A stretch of 64,000 nucleotides of DNA from Lingula anatina (lineage: Eukaryota > Animalia > Brachiopoda), in assembly GCA_051362555.1 (NCBI GenBank), contig CM120642.1, positions 496,001-560,000 on the forward strand, in the 5' to 3' direction. The number at the start of each line of letters is the position of its first letter. Position 1 is the stretch's first letter. The notes below the pieces were generated by a model. That model saw only the letters and a program-made list of their open reading frames with translations, did no database searches and was not told the origin of the DNA. The position numbers and the translations under genes were made by a program. Shown one piece after another: positions 1-11,700 of the stretch.

Positions 1-265
1 CACACCCTTCTCACCATCACTGTAGTCATATGTATCTATCCATCACTACTGCTACTGTCCTTACCTCTATCACAGGTAAAACATTGTAAGTCATTCATAA
101 ACTCATAATATTGAAATATACAAATAAACTATTCATTTTAATAGCCACTGATAAATATACAATTATTAATATCATAAGGGCAAGGCATGTCTGCACTTTC
201 CTCTCTCTCCCCACCCCAATTCAACCGCATCCCCTCCAAACTATGGGTCAGTGACTTGTAGACAC

Positions 266-268
<3 letters not shown>

Positions 269-302
<34 letters not shown>
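269..302. repeat. Poly-C tract (34 nt)
   Basis: Direct reading of the sequence. Confidence 0.95.
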
Positions 303-303
<1 letters not shown>

Positions 304-627
304 CCGCCCGCCCGACCCCAATGTTTGACCAAGGTCCACTTTATGATACTACAAGGTATAACATAGGACTGTCCTCCATCAACATTGCGTACCATCCACG
401 CACAATATGTTCAGCCAGGCAGGGGATAGACTGCACTAAGAGACCTGTATGTTACTACAAGTCCACAGCTATTAAAATCAATTATAACAAGGAATTCACA
501 TAGGGCAATAGATGACAAGCTCTGAACCTGTCTTGTTTCAGCCCTATGTATTCAAATCAATAGAGATGTTTATACCTTTAAATCACACTCAGTCTTAAGA
601 AAGAGATTCAGAAATTCTCTCACCCTC

Positions 628-628
<1 letters not shown>

Positions 629-681
<53 letters not shown>

Positions 682-764
682 GTATGTATTTATATGTTCA
701 TGCATGTGTGTGTGTGTGTGTGTGTTCATAGGTGTATGTGTGGGCGTCTGTATACATGTTACCA

Positions 765-817
<53 letters not shown>
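629..817. repeat. Compound microsatellite (CT)n/(TA)n/(TG)n
   Basis: Direct reading of the sequence. Confidence 0.95.
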
Positions 818-821
<4 letters not shown>

Positions 822-973
822 ATGCATGTGTGTCCGTAGACAAAACCCAGAATCCTGCACTAAACTAATTCTCTATGGTCAGCTGAGTGTGGTATTGGTA
901 CTAGGCTTATGTGTACACTGTGTAACCTGATCTTGACTTACAGCAAGGGAGGTGAACACCTGAGCTCAGAGAT

Positions 974-1290
974 CAGGCCTACCCAACTACCAGACTCGGC
1001 ACCGAATGATCCTGAATTCACCAGTAGATCAGACCACACTACCCGTTTTCAAGGTGTGTGTCAGATCGCATTACACAGTATCATACCCTGAACAAATTTT
1101 GAGTGGTGATGCAATGCTTTTCAACCCCGCTGAGAATCGTCACTATCACATCGCGTACTAGGCAAGAGCGGTGTCGCGTCTGATACTGTGTAATGCGATC
1201 TGACACACACCTTGAAAACGGGTAGTGTGGTCTGATCTACCGGTGAATTCAGGATCATTCGGTGCCGAGTCTGGTAGTTGGGTAGGCCTG
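974..1290. mobile_element. MITE with 110-bp TIRs and 5-bp TSD
   Basis: 974-1083 is the reverse complement of 1181-1290 with one mismatch. The termini are CAGGCCTACCCAAC...GTTGGGTAGGCCTG, and GAGAT is duplicated at 969-973 and 1291-1295. Confidence 0.9.
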
Positions 1291-2118
1291 GAGATGGGAC
1301 AAGATGAATACATTAAAAGCTGGGGAATCTTGATTCATATTCTTATGGTTTTCATCATAATTATCACCACATCAGGCTGCAGCATAACTTAGTCTATTAT
1401 ACTTCATGATCACATAACTCAGCAACATAAGGGATGATAATAAAGGCAAGAAGAAAGAAGTTAACTATATACTCTTGGCTGTATATTTTCCAGTACTAAT
1501 TATTTTTACTGTTTTCTCTGTCATCACTATAAGATAATGGTACAGGTAGTACTTATATGGGTGGAGAAGTGACAGAGGATGTTGTCAACTTTGATTCCTT
1601 AGCCCACACAAACTTCCTCCTTCATATCAAGGGTGTTTATTTAGTCTTTTTGCAAAAGAAATTAATTGAGATGTTCCTATGATAAAGTACTAATCAAAGA
1701 GATAAAATAACCATGTTCTTTATGACAAAATTAATCAAAGGGTAGACAGCTGTAATGTTTACCTACATTCTGTATCAGTAACAGTAAATAACAGCACCTG
1801 TAAGGTTCTGAATTCCTCAACAGATAATTCAATCTTTTTATCAACTGAATTGCATTTGAAGGTTGTCCTCTTTGAAGTAACACAACCAAAACAAAACAGT
1901 TGGACATATCTGAATGCTGAAGGAAAGACACCCTTAAACAAGCCAATTCATCACAGTGTGACAGACATATTCAAACAAATTAAATTGAAATCAAACTGTA
2001 GCCAGAGATGGGGTAGAAGGGCATGACCTCCTTTCTTCAAAGCAAACTTGTCAATGCTGTCACCCTGGGGTTCATACTCTAACATGTTTCAGCAACTGAT
2101 GATGCTCCTTGTGTATAC

Positions 2119-4319
2119 CAAGAAGTTATAATGAGAAGGAGTAGAAACAAGGGGTTTCCTTTCATCCTATCCTCGTAACGGGCTTAATCCTAATAATTAC
2201 CCAGCTTGTGGTCTGAGGGAGAGCTTGTGCCTAATACATATTCAAAAGACCATTCACGTGGGTTGCTTCAGCCAATTGGGATAAAGCCTCGCGAAGTCTC
2301 TAATAATCTCACAGAGAAAACATGGTGGGATTACAGAAAGGTGTAGAGAGAGATTTCAAGCCTGGAAGCAACCATTTCGGGAAATAAAACTCAAATCATA
2401 CGAGATACACCTTCATTTGATCTAGAGCCGATCAGTCATACAAAAATTAGTTTCACATCAAGAATGTATGAGAACAATTTCACAAACCCACCTTCAACGC
2501 TAAAATTTGCACCTGTAGAAGTCTCATATTTATTTTAAATTATTTTTGTCGTGTAAAGGTGTGTAAAGGAAATTTACCTTCATCTAGAAATGACACATTC
2601 AATTCACAGCCGTGTACACAAAACAGAAGTATTTGCAATTTCCGTATGCCAGCCTCGTTTCTTTCTTTTTTGGCACATTATTGCTTATATACCAGGTAGA
2701 GCTTAAACAGGAAAATTGGGGAAATGAAAAGTTATTGCACTTAGTACGATTCTAAATAAAATTTCATTAATACATATTTTTGTTTATATCTTTGTCTATT
2801 ACATGAGGCCAACTAATAATAGACTGATAGTTTAAATTCATTAGAAGAAAAAAATCAAAGAAATATTTTTATTGATTGATATTGCTTTATTTCAACATTC
2901 GAGCAACTTGTATAATATCTAAAACAAAGTACCAGCAATGAAAATATATCAATATTGTTACACCCAACAGTGATTAAAACAATACAAACATGGTTAGTTT
3001 TTATTTTGATGTGGTGATTATTTTATTTTATACTTGAGACAATTAGCCCGTGAACACAAAATTCCCTTTTAAAACTTGGACCACTAAATTCCCTTTTAAA
3101 ACTTGCACCTCTTGTGCACTATAGTTTAATATTAGTGGTGGTAAGAAAACAGAGCCTTGTGCCTCATCAAGTTGCTGCTGGAAACAATCATTTTGCCAGC
3201 AAAACTAAAGATCTTTCACCTGCATTCTCTTCAACCTGAAAATAGTAAGTGCGGAATTCATTACAAAATATAACTCTATATCCTAAACGAAACTCTGCAA
3301 ACATCATATTGCAAAAAAAAATTGAAAAAAAATTCCGAGAGTTCCCTGTCATCAAATTTTGGATCCACCATTTTGAAAAAGTCCCATGAAAAGTTGTTTA
3401 TTTTTCATCTAAAGGATTGATTCATTTAATACCAAAGTGAAGTATTGTAATGATGCACGTCCTTAACTAACCAGAAAAACATAAATTATCTGCATACACC
3501 ACGTTAAAATTACCAAAAATTGTCCCAAACTGTCACCCAACTGTCTCTAACCAATTTAGGGACCCGCCATTCTGAAAAAGTCGGATGAAAAGTTGTCTAT
3601 TTGAAACGATGTTTTTCATCTAAAGGATTGACTCATTTAATATCACAATGATGTATCGTAATGGTGCATGTGCTTAACTAACCAGAAAAACATAAATTAT
3701 ATGCATACATCACGTTAAAATTACCAAAAATTGTCCCAAACTGTCACCCAACTGTCTCTTGTGACCCGCCATTTTGAAAAAGTCCGATGAAAAGTTGTCT
3801 ATTTGAAACGACGTTTTTCATCTAAAGGATTGATTCATTTAATACCAAAGTGATGTATTGCAATGATGCACGTGCTTAACTAACCAGAAAAACATAAATT
3901 ATGTGCATTCATCACGCACTTAAGAAGAAAAAAGTCCTAAAGATGGAGGTCCCACTGAATCGGCCTCAGATCTTCGAGCTAACGCTGCTTTCTGCACTGA
4001 CAAATTTGACTGACAGCCACCGTATGAACATAAAACAATGCTCAAAGCAGATTATCAACTCTCACTCACCTTTATATCGCTCGACTTGGCGTTTTTCTAA
4101 GTATAACTTCCAAATATTCGCATTAAACATGAATAACTCAAGACGTATACGCACTGGTTCAGCTTCTCCGTCTTGAGTCACGCGGAGGCGAGCGGAGGAT
4201 TAGACCAGTTACGAGGATCGAATTTCAAAGGACGCCGCTTTGAAAAGAATGCTGCGATCTGATTGGACGAGAGAGATAATTGATGTCCCGTTTCTACTCC
4301 TTCTCATTATAACTTCTTG
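2119..4319. mobile_element. Non-autonomous DNA transposon, probably P superfamily
   Basis: Perfect 30-bp TIR CAAGAAGTTATAATGAGAAGGAGTAGAAAC (2119-2148 / 4290-4319) and 7-bp TSD TGTATAC (2112-2118 / 4320-4326). CA- termini with a 7-8 bp TSD are typical of P elements. There is no transposase ORF. Confidence 0.85.
3361..3917. repeat. About 200-bp tandem repeat, about 2.8 copies, inside the P-like element
   Basis: TTTTTCATCTAAAGGATTGA...CTTAACTAACCAGAAAAACATAAATTAT recurs three times. Confidence 0.9.
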
Positions 4320-5298
4320 TGTATACTTAACTTGTGAGGGTACAGTATTACCTGGTGCAAGGTTTCAAATCATAGAACAGTGAACTGTGATCCTCATCTT
4401 TCCACTACTAAAAAAGTCAAACCCATCATTTTTACTGTTTGAAATCAGAATTATATCACCATGCCAACAGATTTGTTCAAGCCATTACCCTATCCATGTC
4501 ACTGTTTTTTTTTTAATTTACTAAGAATACACTATATGATCTATTATAAGTTTACCCTAATTGCCAGGTTTTAAAACCCAATACCAATACTTTATTCTAT
4601 CAAGCATGGTTTTCATGAACTGCCCTTGAATCTTCAGGGTACCAATAAAGAGATAACTGTATAAACCAATCAAGTTTTAATCAAGTCACGTCCCTATCAA
4701 CATGATCATCTTGCACCTCCTTCTATTCATGTTATCCTGTTCATCACTAAATCCTACACTAAAGAGACAATACACATACTTAATACGACAAGATCTGGCC
4801 ACTTTAACATGCTTTATCAAGAGTATATCACTGACAGAATAACTAAGTTCGGACATAATGACTTTGTTAGCTGCACATTTCTTTGGAGTTGCCTGCGTCA
4901 CAATTGCTACAAATTTGTAACAATGACTATTTTATCTGGCATCATTTTCAGAATAATTGGACAAAAACTTCCCTCAACCAGTAACTTTTTTAGTTTTCAA
5001 ATTTTGATTGAATTGAGACGAGTTGAACCATGTCATGTATCCACATTGCTGATTCAATAGCTGGGGCTTTAACTGCATTAAAATAATGATTATAACAAAA
5101 TATGAAAGTTACACTTTGGAAATCATAAAATTAAATTCATTAAAAATGCCATCAAGTTTGCAGGCTATGGACAGGTTTCTCACGTCATCAAAACTTTGAC
5201 AGTTTAGCAAACAATTTCATGAGATAATAATATCAATTTCTTGATAACTGACCTTGTTAAACTGAAAATGTCAACTCAAGTCAATAATTACCCCATAC

Positions 5299-5365
5299 CT
5301 GTAGTGAGAGTACCAGTAACGAATCTGCTCATAATTCCTCCATTCCCCTGGCATCATCTTTATCT
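5299..5365 (-). CDS. Candidate alternative N-terminal exon ((E)IK-MMPGEWRNYEQIRYWYSHY+AG)
   Basis: AAAGATGATG at 5357, or the acceptor at 5365, gives the same frame. Donor CAG|GTATGG (phase 2). Confidence 0.48.
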
Positions 5366-5581
5366 CTAAAAGATTTTTTTAAAAATAATAATGGCACTAG
5401 CTAGCACCAGAAGTAAAAACCCTAGTTTTCTCGACCTTGCAGGTGGTGGTCAAAGAGAGAGTTGTGGTGACGGTGACCACCGCAGACCTCTCCGTCTGAC
5501 CAGATCTCTGTATTTGAACTGATAAGCTGTTTGACTGACCTCTGCCACGCTGGTATGCTAGTAATGTCAATGATTACTTAC

Positions 5582-5609
5582 CTTTACATACACGCACGCA
5601 CGTGAACAT
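5582..5609 (-). CDS. Candidate alternative start exon (MFTCVRVCK+G), phase 1
   Basis: CAAACATG start and perfect donor AAG|GTAAGT. It is in frame with the acceptor TCTTTTAG|AG at 5365. Confidence 0.4.
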
Positions 5610-5656
5610 GTTTGATCCAGGACCTGACGGCCACCAGTTCTTTGACTGGATGTCTT

Positions 5657-5690
5657 AATGGCTATACATTACCTGATTTAATTTTATATA
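5657..5690 (-). promoter_or_regulatory. Candidate TATA-Inr core promoter
   Basis: Minus-strand TATATAAAA at 5690-5682 with a CCATT initiator-like motif whose A (5659) is 31 nt downstream of the first T. A perfect donor follows at 5582. Confidence 0.45.
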
Positions 5691-6077
5691 CACATGTTAC
5701 TTAACGTGAGCACACTTGATTTAAAGTATCCAAATGCTGGATTTCTTTCATCCTCTGCTCTATTGTTCTGCTATAGGAGATGTCCCTGTATTGCCATTAA
5801 TGAAGATAATGATGTGATTGTCTACTAGAGATAGGAGACAAGTAAAGGAATTAACCAGCAGTTACTGTCATCTATATCTATATAAACATATAATCAAGGA
5901 GACCACAAATACTGGGGATAAAATTATGACAATGTGTGCTTCAGAGTAATATTTTCATGCATTAAAAACAAGAAAAAAGAAATATGTGATTTTCCTATAA
6001 TAATAGTCCTGGTGCATATAATAGATGCTTTTTAAGATAAATATATCTGTGCAAGAAAAATTAAAAGCTAAATAAAC

Positions 6078-6078
<1 letters not shown>

Positions 6079-6113
<35 letters not shown>
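6079..6113. repeat. (ATT)n microsatellite
   Basis: Direct reading of the sequence. Confidence 0.95.
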
Positions 6114-7684
6114 GTGAACACAATGTCCCCATTTTGTGGATGTCACATAGAATTTTCCCTGACCAAAAAATGAACCTGATGGAAAAAATCTAATAATAAA
6201 ATAATAAAAAACAATAAAACAAAAAAAAATCATCTGCAACATTAACCGATCTCTAAATTACATCCATACATCATAAAAACTGGCATAGAAAAGGCATCCT
6301 AAATATTGCCCTGCAACTACAACAGTATGAAGAGTAAGACAGGGGGACATTTTGACAGGGACAAGATGGAGTATATTAGCATTTTCTGCCTTCTGGGCAC
6401 CACCATATTGAAACAACTTCAAACTTTCTAGGTTACTATGTCCAGTAGTCTTTTAGGTTTGTTTGTTTTGTCTGTGGAGGCAGCAGATGCTTGGGTTCTG
6501 TTAATATTGACCCTGTCTGGAGCTAGAATGTAACAATAACTTAGCCTGATGTACTGCATGTTGGCATCCTATATTTACTTATAACTAAGATGCTTAAGTG
6601 CAGAATCATGCAAAGATATTGTTTAAAAGAAAATGATTTTTAGTGTCTTGACTTCCTGAGCTAGGCATGTGTTGAGGGATTAAAAGTAAAAATTTCACAA
6701 AAAATGTCTCATAATTTGACCATCGCAAATCAATGGCAATTGTCATAAATTTATCTCTGAATAAAAACCTTGTACTGGGAGGATTAATGTTGACATGTTG
6801 ACAAAAAGACAGCTTGAACCTTGCACTTTTTTTGACAACAAACTCTGCAACCCCAATAAAAATCTAATTTTTCTTGCAAACAAACTGTCCAAAACAATAT
6901 TACGTAATGTTGATTTTTTCACTCTGCATAAAAAGAGGGCAGAGGAGACATGCAGAAGTCACAGCAAGTGCTGATGTCCTACAAATGCACAGATGCCTCT
7001 TGTCATCCTGCTTTCCATACATCATACCCCCAGTGCCAGTTCAACTGAAGGCAATATATTAAACAATATATCAGATAATGATTGTTCTATGGGGCAGCTT
7101 CAAGTAGAGGAGGTCAGAGAGGTTAAGTGTGACCACCTCTGTCACTTGTCACTCATTCAATAACCCTGCCCCAGCTTGCCACTTCAACTAGAGTAATAAA
7201 TGTCAGCTTCAATCTTCACTTGTCTCAAGTACTATGCACTGTGGTAATTATCTCTTAGATGGAACAAGATGAATTTTATTTTACCCAAATTGTGTTTTGT
7301 AAGTTATACCTGGAAAGGGATTTAAAGTTTCTATAGTAGAGATTAACTCTTTTTGTGAGCAACTGAAAAGGTTAAATCCTCCAATAAATTAATCTATTAA
7401 ATGAACAAATAAAAACCATGCTGTTTAAATATTATGAGTATTTACAGTAGAAATAAACACATCCAGACCATACATCACCCATTCTATCAATGCTTCCAAA
7501 CACTGTCTCTTCACAGTTTCAGCCTCATTCATTACAACATACACTCCTTCTCCTTACTGCATACACTGACTAGCTTTGTGCAAATGATATAAAGAAGGAT
7601 GCTATATTAGGAAAATTGAGTCTTAAACTGAGTCTTTCTCTTTAATAAAATAATATGTTGCTTATCACCTCATTTTATAATTAC

Positions 7685-7740
7685 CTTGCCATATTGCCAA
7701 AGCTGCCATAGTTGTCGTAGGACTTGACACAGAACCACAT
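7685..7740 (-). CDS. Candidate alternative first coding exon (MWFCVKSYDNYGSFGNMA+AG)
   Basis: AGAATG start, 18 codons plus 2 nt, donor AAG|GTAATT (phase 2). Confidence 0.38.
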
Positions 7741-8698
7741 TCTAAGACCTCTGATACACAGTAAATTTCTCTCCAAATCACAGTAATATACTGCAGTCAA
7801 GCAATGCTGCTCCCCTCTTCTCAATGTCAAGCTAGCAGGTAACTTCAACAAAAGGTGAGTTCTTTTTCAATCACTGTAAACTAAACCTCCTCTTCCTTCA
7901 AACCAAAACATAAAACCATCTGCAGCCAAATAAAGTTTTCTTTAGGCTTCAAATTGTGTAAGAACCAAATAAAAGGATGATCTATTTCATCAAGTGCCTG
8001 CAGAATCACAGCGCTGTTACACTCATCTTCATGTCAAATCTGTCACAATTCTTTTAAGATGGAGCTCCCCTCTCTACCTTGATCCTTGTCACCAGAATGT
8101 ACCCAAAACTAAACTGTGAGAGGCGCCCACATCCTTTCACTTCTACGACTAAATAACAATGTATCAAAACTGCACAAAAAAGGCCAATCAAAAACCATCC
8201 TAATACTCCATCAGAATAGTAATGTGTCTGTAAAGAAAGCCAGCAGCACTAACTCATTGTACACGCTCCCCATGCTGTATTGTCATTTTGCATGATGAAA
8301 CTCCATCTTTTTATCTGGGTCTGTTCTCCTTAAGAAGCTCTACCCCATTTTACATGTGTACCTTTAGTCTTGATGAAGTCATTATCTATGTCCAGGGTTC
8401 TGGTAATGGTTTAATTACTGACAGCCTTACAAGTGGACATGTAAGGGTCCACTACAGGTGTCAGCCCTCATCCAGGTAACCAGCCTCATTAGGCAGTCAT
8501 TAGGTTGACCATGGAATAGATGTCTTAACTACTGTGTACAGCAGCTACTTGAACAAGAAACATCAATCCAAGACAATGACACAATCTGATTAAGTGGCTC
8601 AGCTTAATGGGATGTTTTTACCATTTCATAATTGTCATTTATAGTATATATGGCATTCCAAGGTGTGGTAGTGATGCTGGATAATTATGACAAATAAG

Positions 8699-8703
<5 letters not shown>

Positions 8704-8749
<46 letters not shown>
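8704..8749. repeat. (GA)n microsatellite
   Basis: Direct reading of the sequence. Confidence 0.95.
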
Positions 8750-8753
<4 letters not shown>

Positions 8754-11700
8754 ATGGAAAGAAGAAAGGAGGCAGAGAGGGATGGAGGTAGAGAGAGAGA
8801 CACTGGCAGCAATATTTAGAAGGTAAACAAATGGTAGCAGTGTATTTATCAAAAGCTCTTACATCACAGCTACCTATTAAGTAGACTTTGCTATTAATCA
8901 GTTCAACACATACAATTAATCTCACGTGCTAATTACTATTGGATTTTCACATGATCACATTTGCCGATGAGATGAAGTCTCATTGCTTCAACTTTCGTTA
9001 CCATGGTAACCTGTGTTAACAGCAATTTGTAGTTGTGCACCAACATTATGATACCAGTTCTGGCATTGTTGAATACGAGATAAAACTAAATCAGTATTAA
9101 ATAAAAAGTTAGGACTTTTCAGATAGCACTTAACTGTGTTTTACATCATTCGCACACTGCTATATTCAGTTAATGTCCTTAATTGGCTGCAACATCCAAT
9201 AAACTTGTCATTCTCAATCTGAATGGCAGTCTAAAGATGTACAATAAAACAATGTAAGTCAAGAAGTTCTTTTCTGATGTTTATCTTACTGCTAGATTGT
9301 ACTCTAAATCAAGAAGAACTTGATAAAACTGTAATACGCTACTTACATCATGTACTTCAACCACATGAAATCTATGTAGAAGTTAGTGTCGATGGATCAG
9401 TAAAAATGAGCGTCTTGAAATCTCTGTCAACAAAACTGACATCGAGGTGATAAAATCACTCAGCATCTCTTAAACATTTGCTTTTTACAGAATCACATAT
9501 TGGGAACAAATCTTAAGACTTGCTGCAAACCTTCCTTTTATTCCAGAACTATTTTACATGGGACAGTTAAGTACAAGAAAAATTGTCCAGACAGCCATGA
9601 AGGATGTGTCTATGGTCACCTTACAAAGAAAGAAATGTCAAAGAAACATGAAACAATACACAAAAAGTTCTAGTGTAAAGGCACAATGCAGTGGTGGCCA
9701 TCACCTGTACTTCCTACACGTGTTATCTACTGCCAGTGCAAGCAAGAATTTCTTTAGACTGAAAAATGGTCGTAACTGTGTTATCAAATAGGCAGATAGA
9801 TGTACTACAGGTCTGAAAGTCTGCAGTGAAATTAACTTTCACATTCTGATGACAAGGCAATGAAGGAATTTACAGTGAACTCAAAATCTAAATTCCTGAC
9901 TGATCCATCTGGTAAGGTATGGGTTTAATGATAGCCGGTTCAAAGCCGACCCTGTGTGAATGGTGATCTCTCCACCTGGTTTTACTCTCTGCCACAGAGA
10001 AGACAAACTGATCAAAGACCTCCATTTGATATCTGAATACAGACAAAATTGTACCCTTTATTTCAGAAGCCACATCATATCATGAAGTGTTTCACTGATG
10101 TGGTTTTTCTTTATTTTATTTCCTCTTTTGGTCTGCGGGGAATAAAGGGAGAAATAAGTGAAGAAGTGCACGTGCTGGCATCCTAAAAAGGAGGGGGGGT
10201 CTATGTACGGAGTGTGGGTGAAATTCTGGGTGAGTGGGGGTTTTCCTTTATCAGGAGTGAAGACAGGCATGACACTGGTTCAGAAATAGGAAAATATCTC
10301 TTAGAGAATAAGATAAAGCAAAAAATCATTTATCAATCAGACCAACAAAATTCCAATGAAATAGATAAAAAATAATCTGTAAATATGACAATAAAAAAAC
10401 AGACAATATCCAGTACAACCTTAATAAAGACAATGACATGGAACATATCAAACCTGGGCAACATTCAGAAATTTCTTCTGTTGAGAATATTTACCTAATT
10501 TCCTATTCAAAATAAATAATGTGGATTATCTTCTTTTCTTAAAAATGTGCCAGATAGAGGGGACTCTATCCTTATTAAACTTAACGAGAAGAGAGCAGAG
10601 ATAATCCTTGTCTTTAAATAAGATTAAATCAGGCATAAGGGAGGACTCTATCTCAACATATCTCCCAGTTAACTCTGTACCTTGAGGTTAAACATGAAGT
10701 TTAATCCAAAAAGAGTACACCTGAACAAGACATGCATGTTTAGCACTGGAGTTATCACACCCTGACATTGGCCTGTTTTAGAGGTTTCACACAATAACTT
10801 TAACCCGAAAACTAGTCTTAAATTTCGGCCCCAAAATTTGGTTTACATCAGTTCATAGCAGTCTACTGAAATGAAGTTTTGAGCTGAAACATTAGCAATG
10901 TCTTTCTTGTTATAGCGCACGCACAATATTTCATCTAATTAGAAAACTTCTGATTTATCTCTGATCAAAATGGACTAATATTTATGTAAACGTGTAGACC
11001 AATTTCTGAGCTTAAGTTCTACTGTGGAACACACCTGAGTAGCTCTGAGACCAACAAATACCTTGGTCATGCCTCTAATCTTCCAAAATTCCACCTGTTT
11101 AATCCCTCGACAAATTTTTATCTTCTTTACATTTTTCTCTACATTTTTTGCCAATTCCCTTCAGGTTAAGAAAACGGTGAAATTCATACCAGTCCCTTAC
11201 AAGCCCATTAACAGATTAGACAGGTGAAATATCCAGTAAAACATGACTCTTTGTTTATAATTACTCCGTCTGAAGTAAATCAGACATAAAGAGAAAGATC
11301 CATGTTTGCAAATCTTCTGTTAAACTTCTTGCCCTTAGGTTAAAGATGAAAAATAACAAATTACTACAGTGGAAACAGCAGTGAAACAAGACCAGAGTGG
11401 CCCCAGTCTTAAAGACTTGATGGACTTCAATTCTAATAGTTCATTAAGTGTAGCATGGAGTCTCCAGACAAGACCCCAGATGTCTCCAACCTAATGTTTA
11501 CATGGCAAACTCAACTTCTATAGTTTCTGGTTCATTTAGAATTAATGTTCTGCTGAGCAAATAGTTTGGAATTTCAGAATATTTTCCTATCTCGACTGTC
11601 CCCATTGCTAGGATAGAGAGAAAAACCACAAAATGGCCACAAACAAAGCTACTGGGGTCCAGGTACGTCTGGGGCAGGGTTTACATGTAATTTCTTTGCT

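Noticed and set aside
1731-1946. Two overlapping minus-strand ORFs; a possible phase 2-2 cassette or shared exon 3 ending GAATGTAG|GTAAAC
   Set aside because: No recognisable similarity to Shroom, only modest splice signals, and no ATG in the frame matching the better donor.
9888-10275. Minus-strand ORFs (MPVFTPDKGKPP..., MEVFDQF...) with a possible phase-2 acceptor, suggesting a terminal exon
   Set aside because: No homology recognised and no good donor or supporting signal. It could be UTR-like sequence.
10781-11036. Possible old MITE with weak inverted ends
   Set aside because: Arm similarity is too low to support by eye, and there is no clear TSD.
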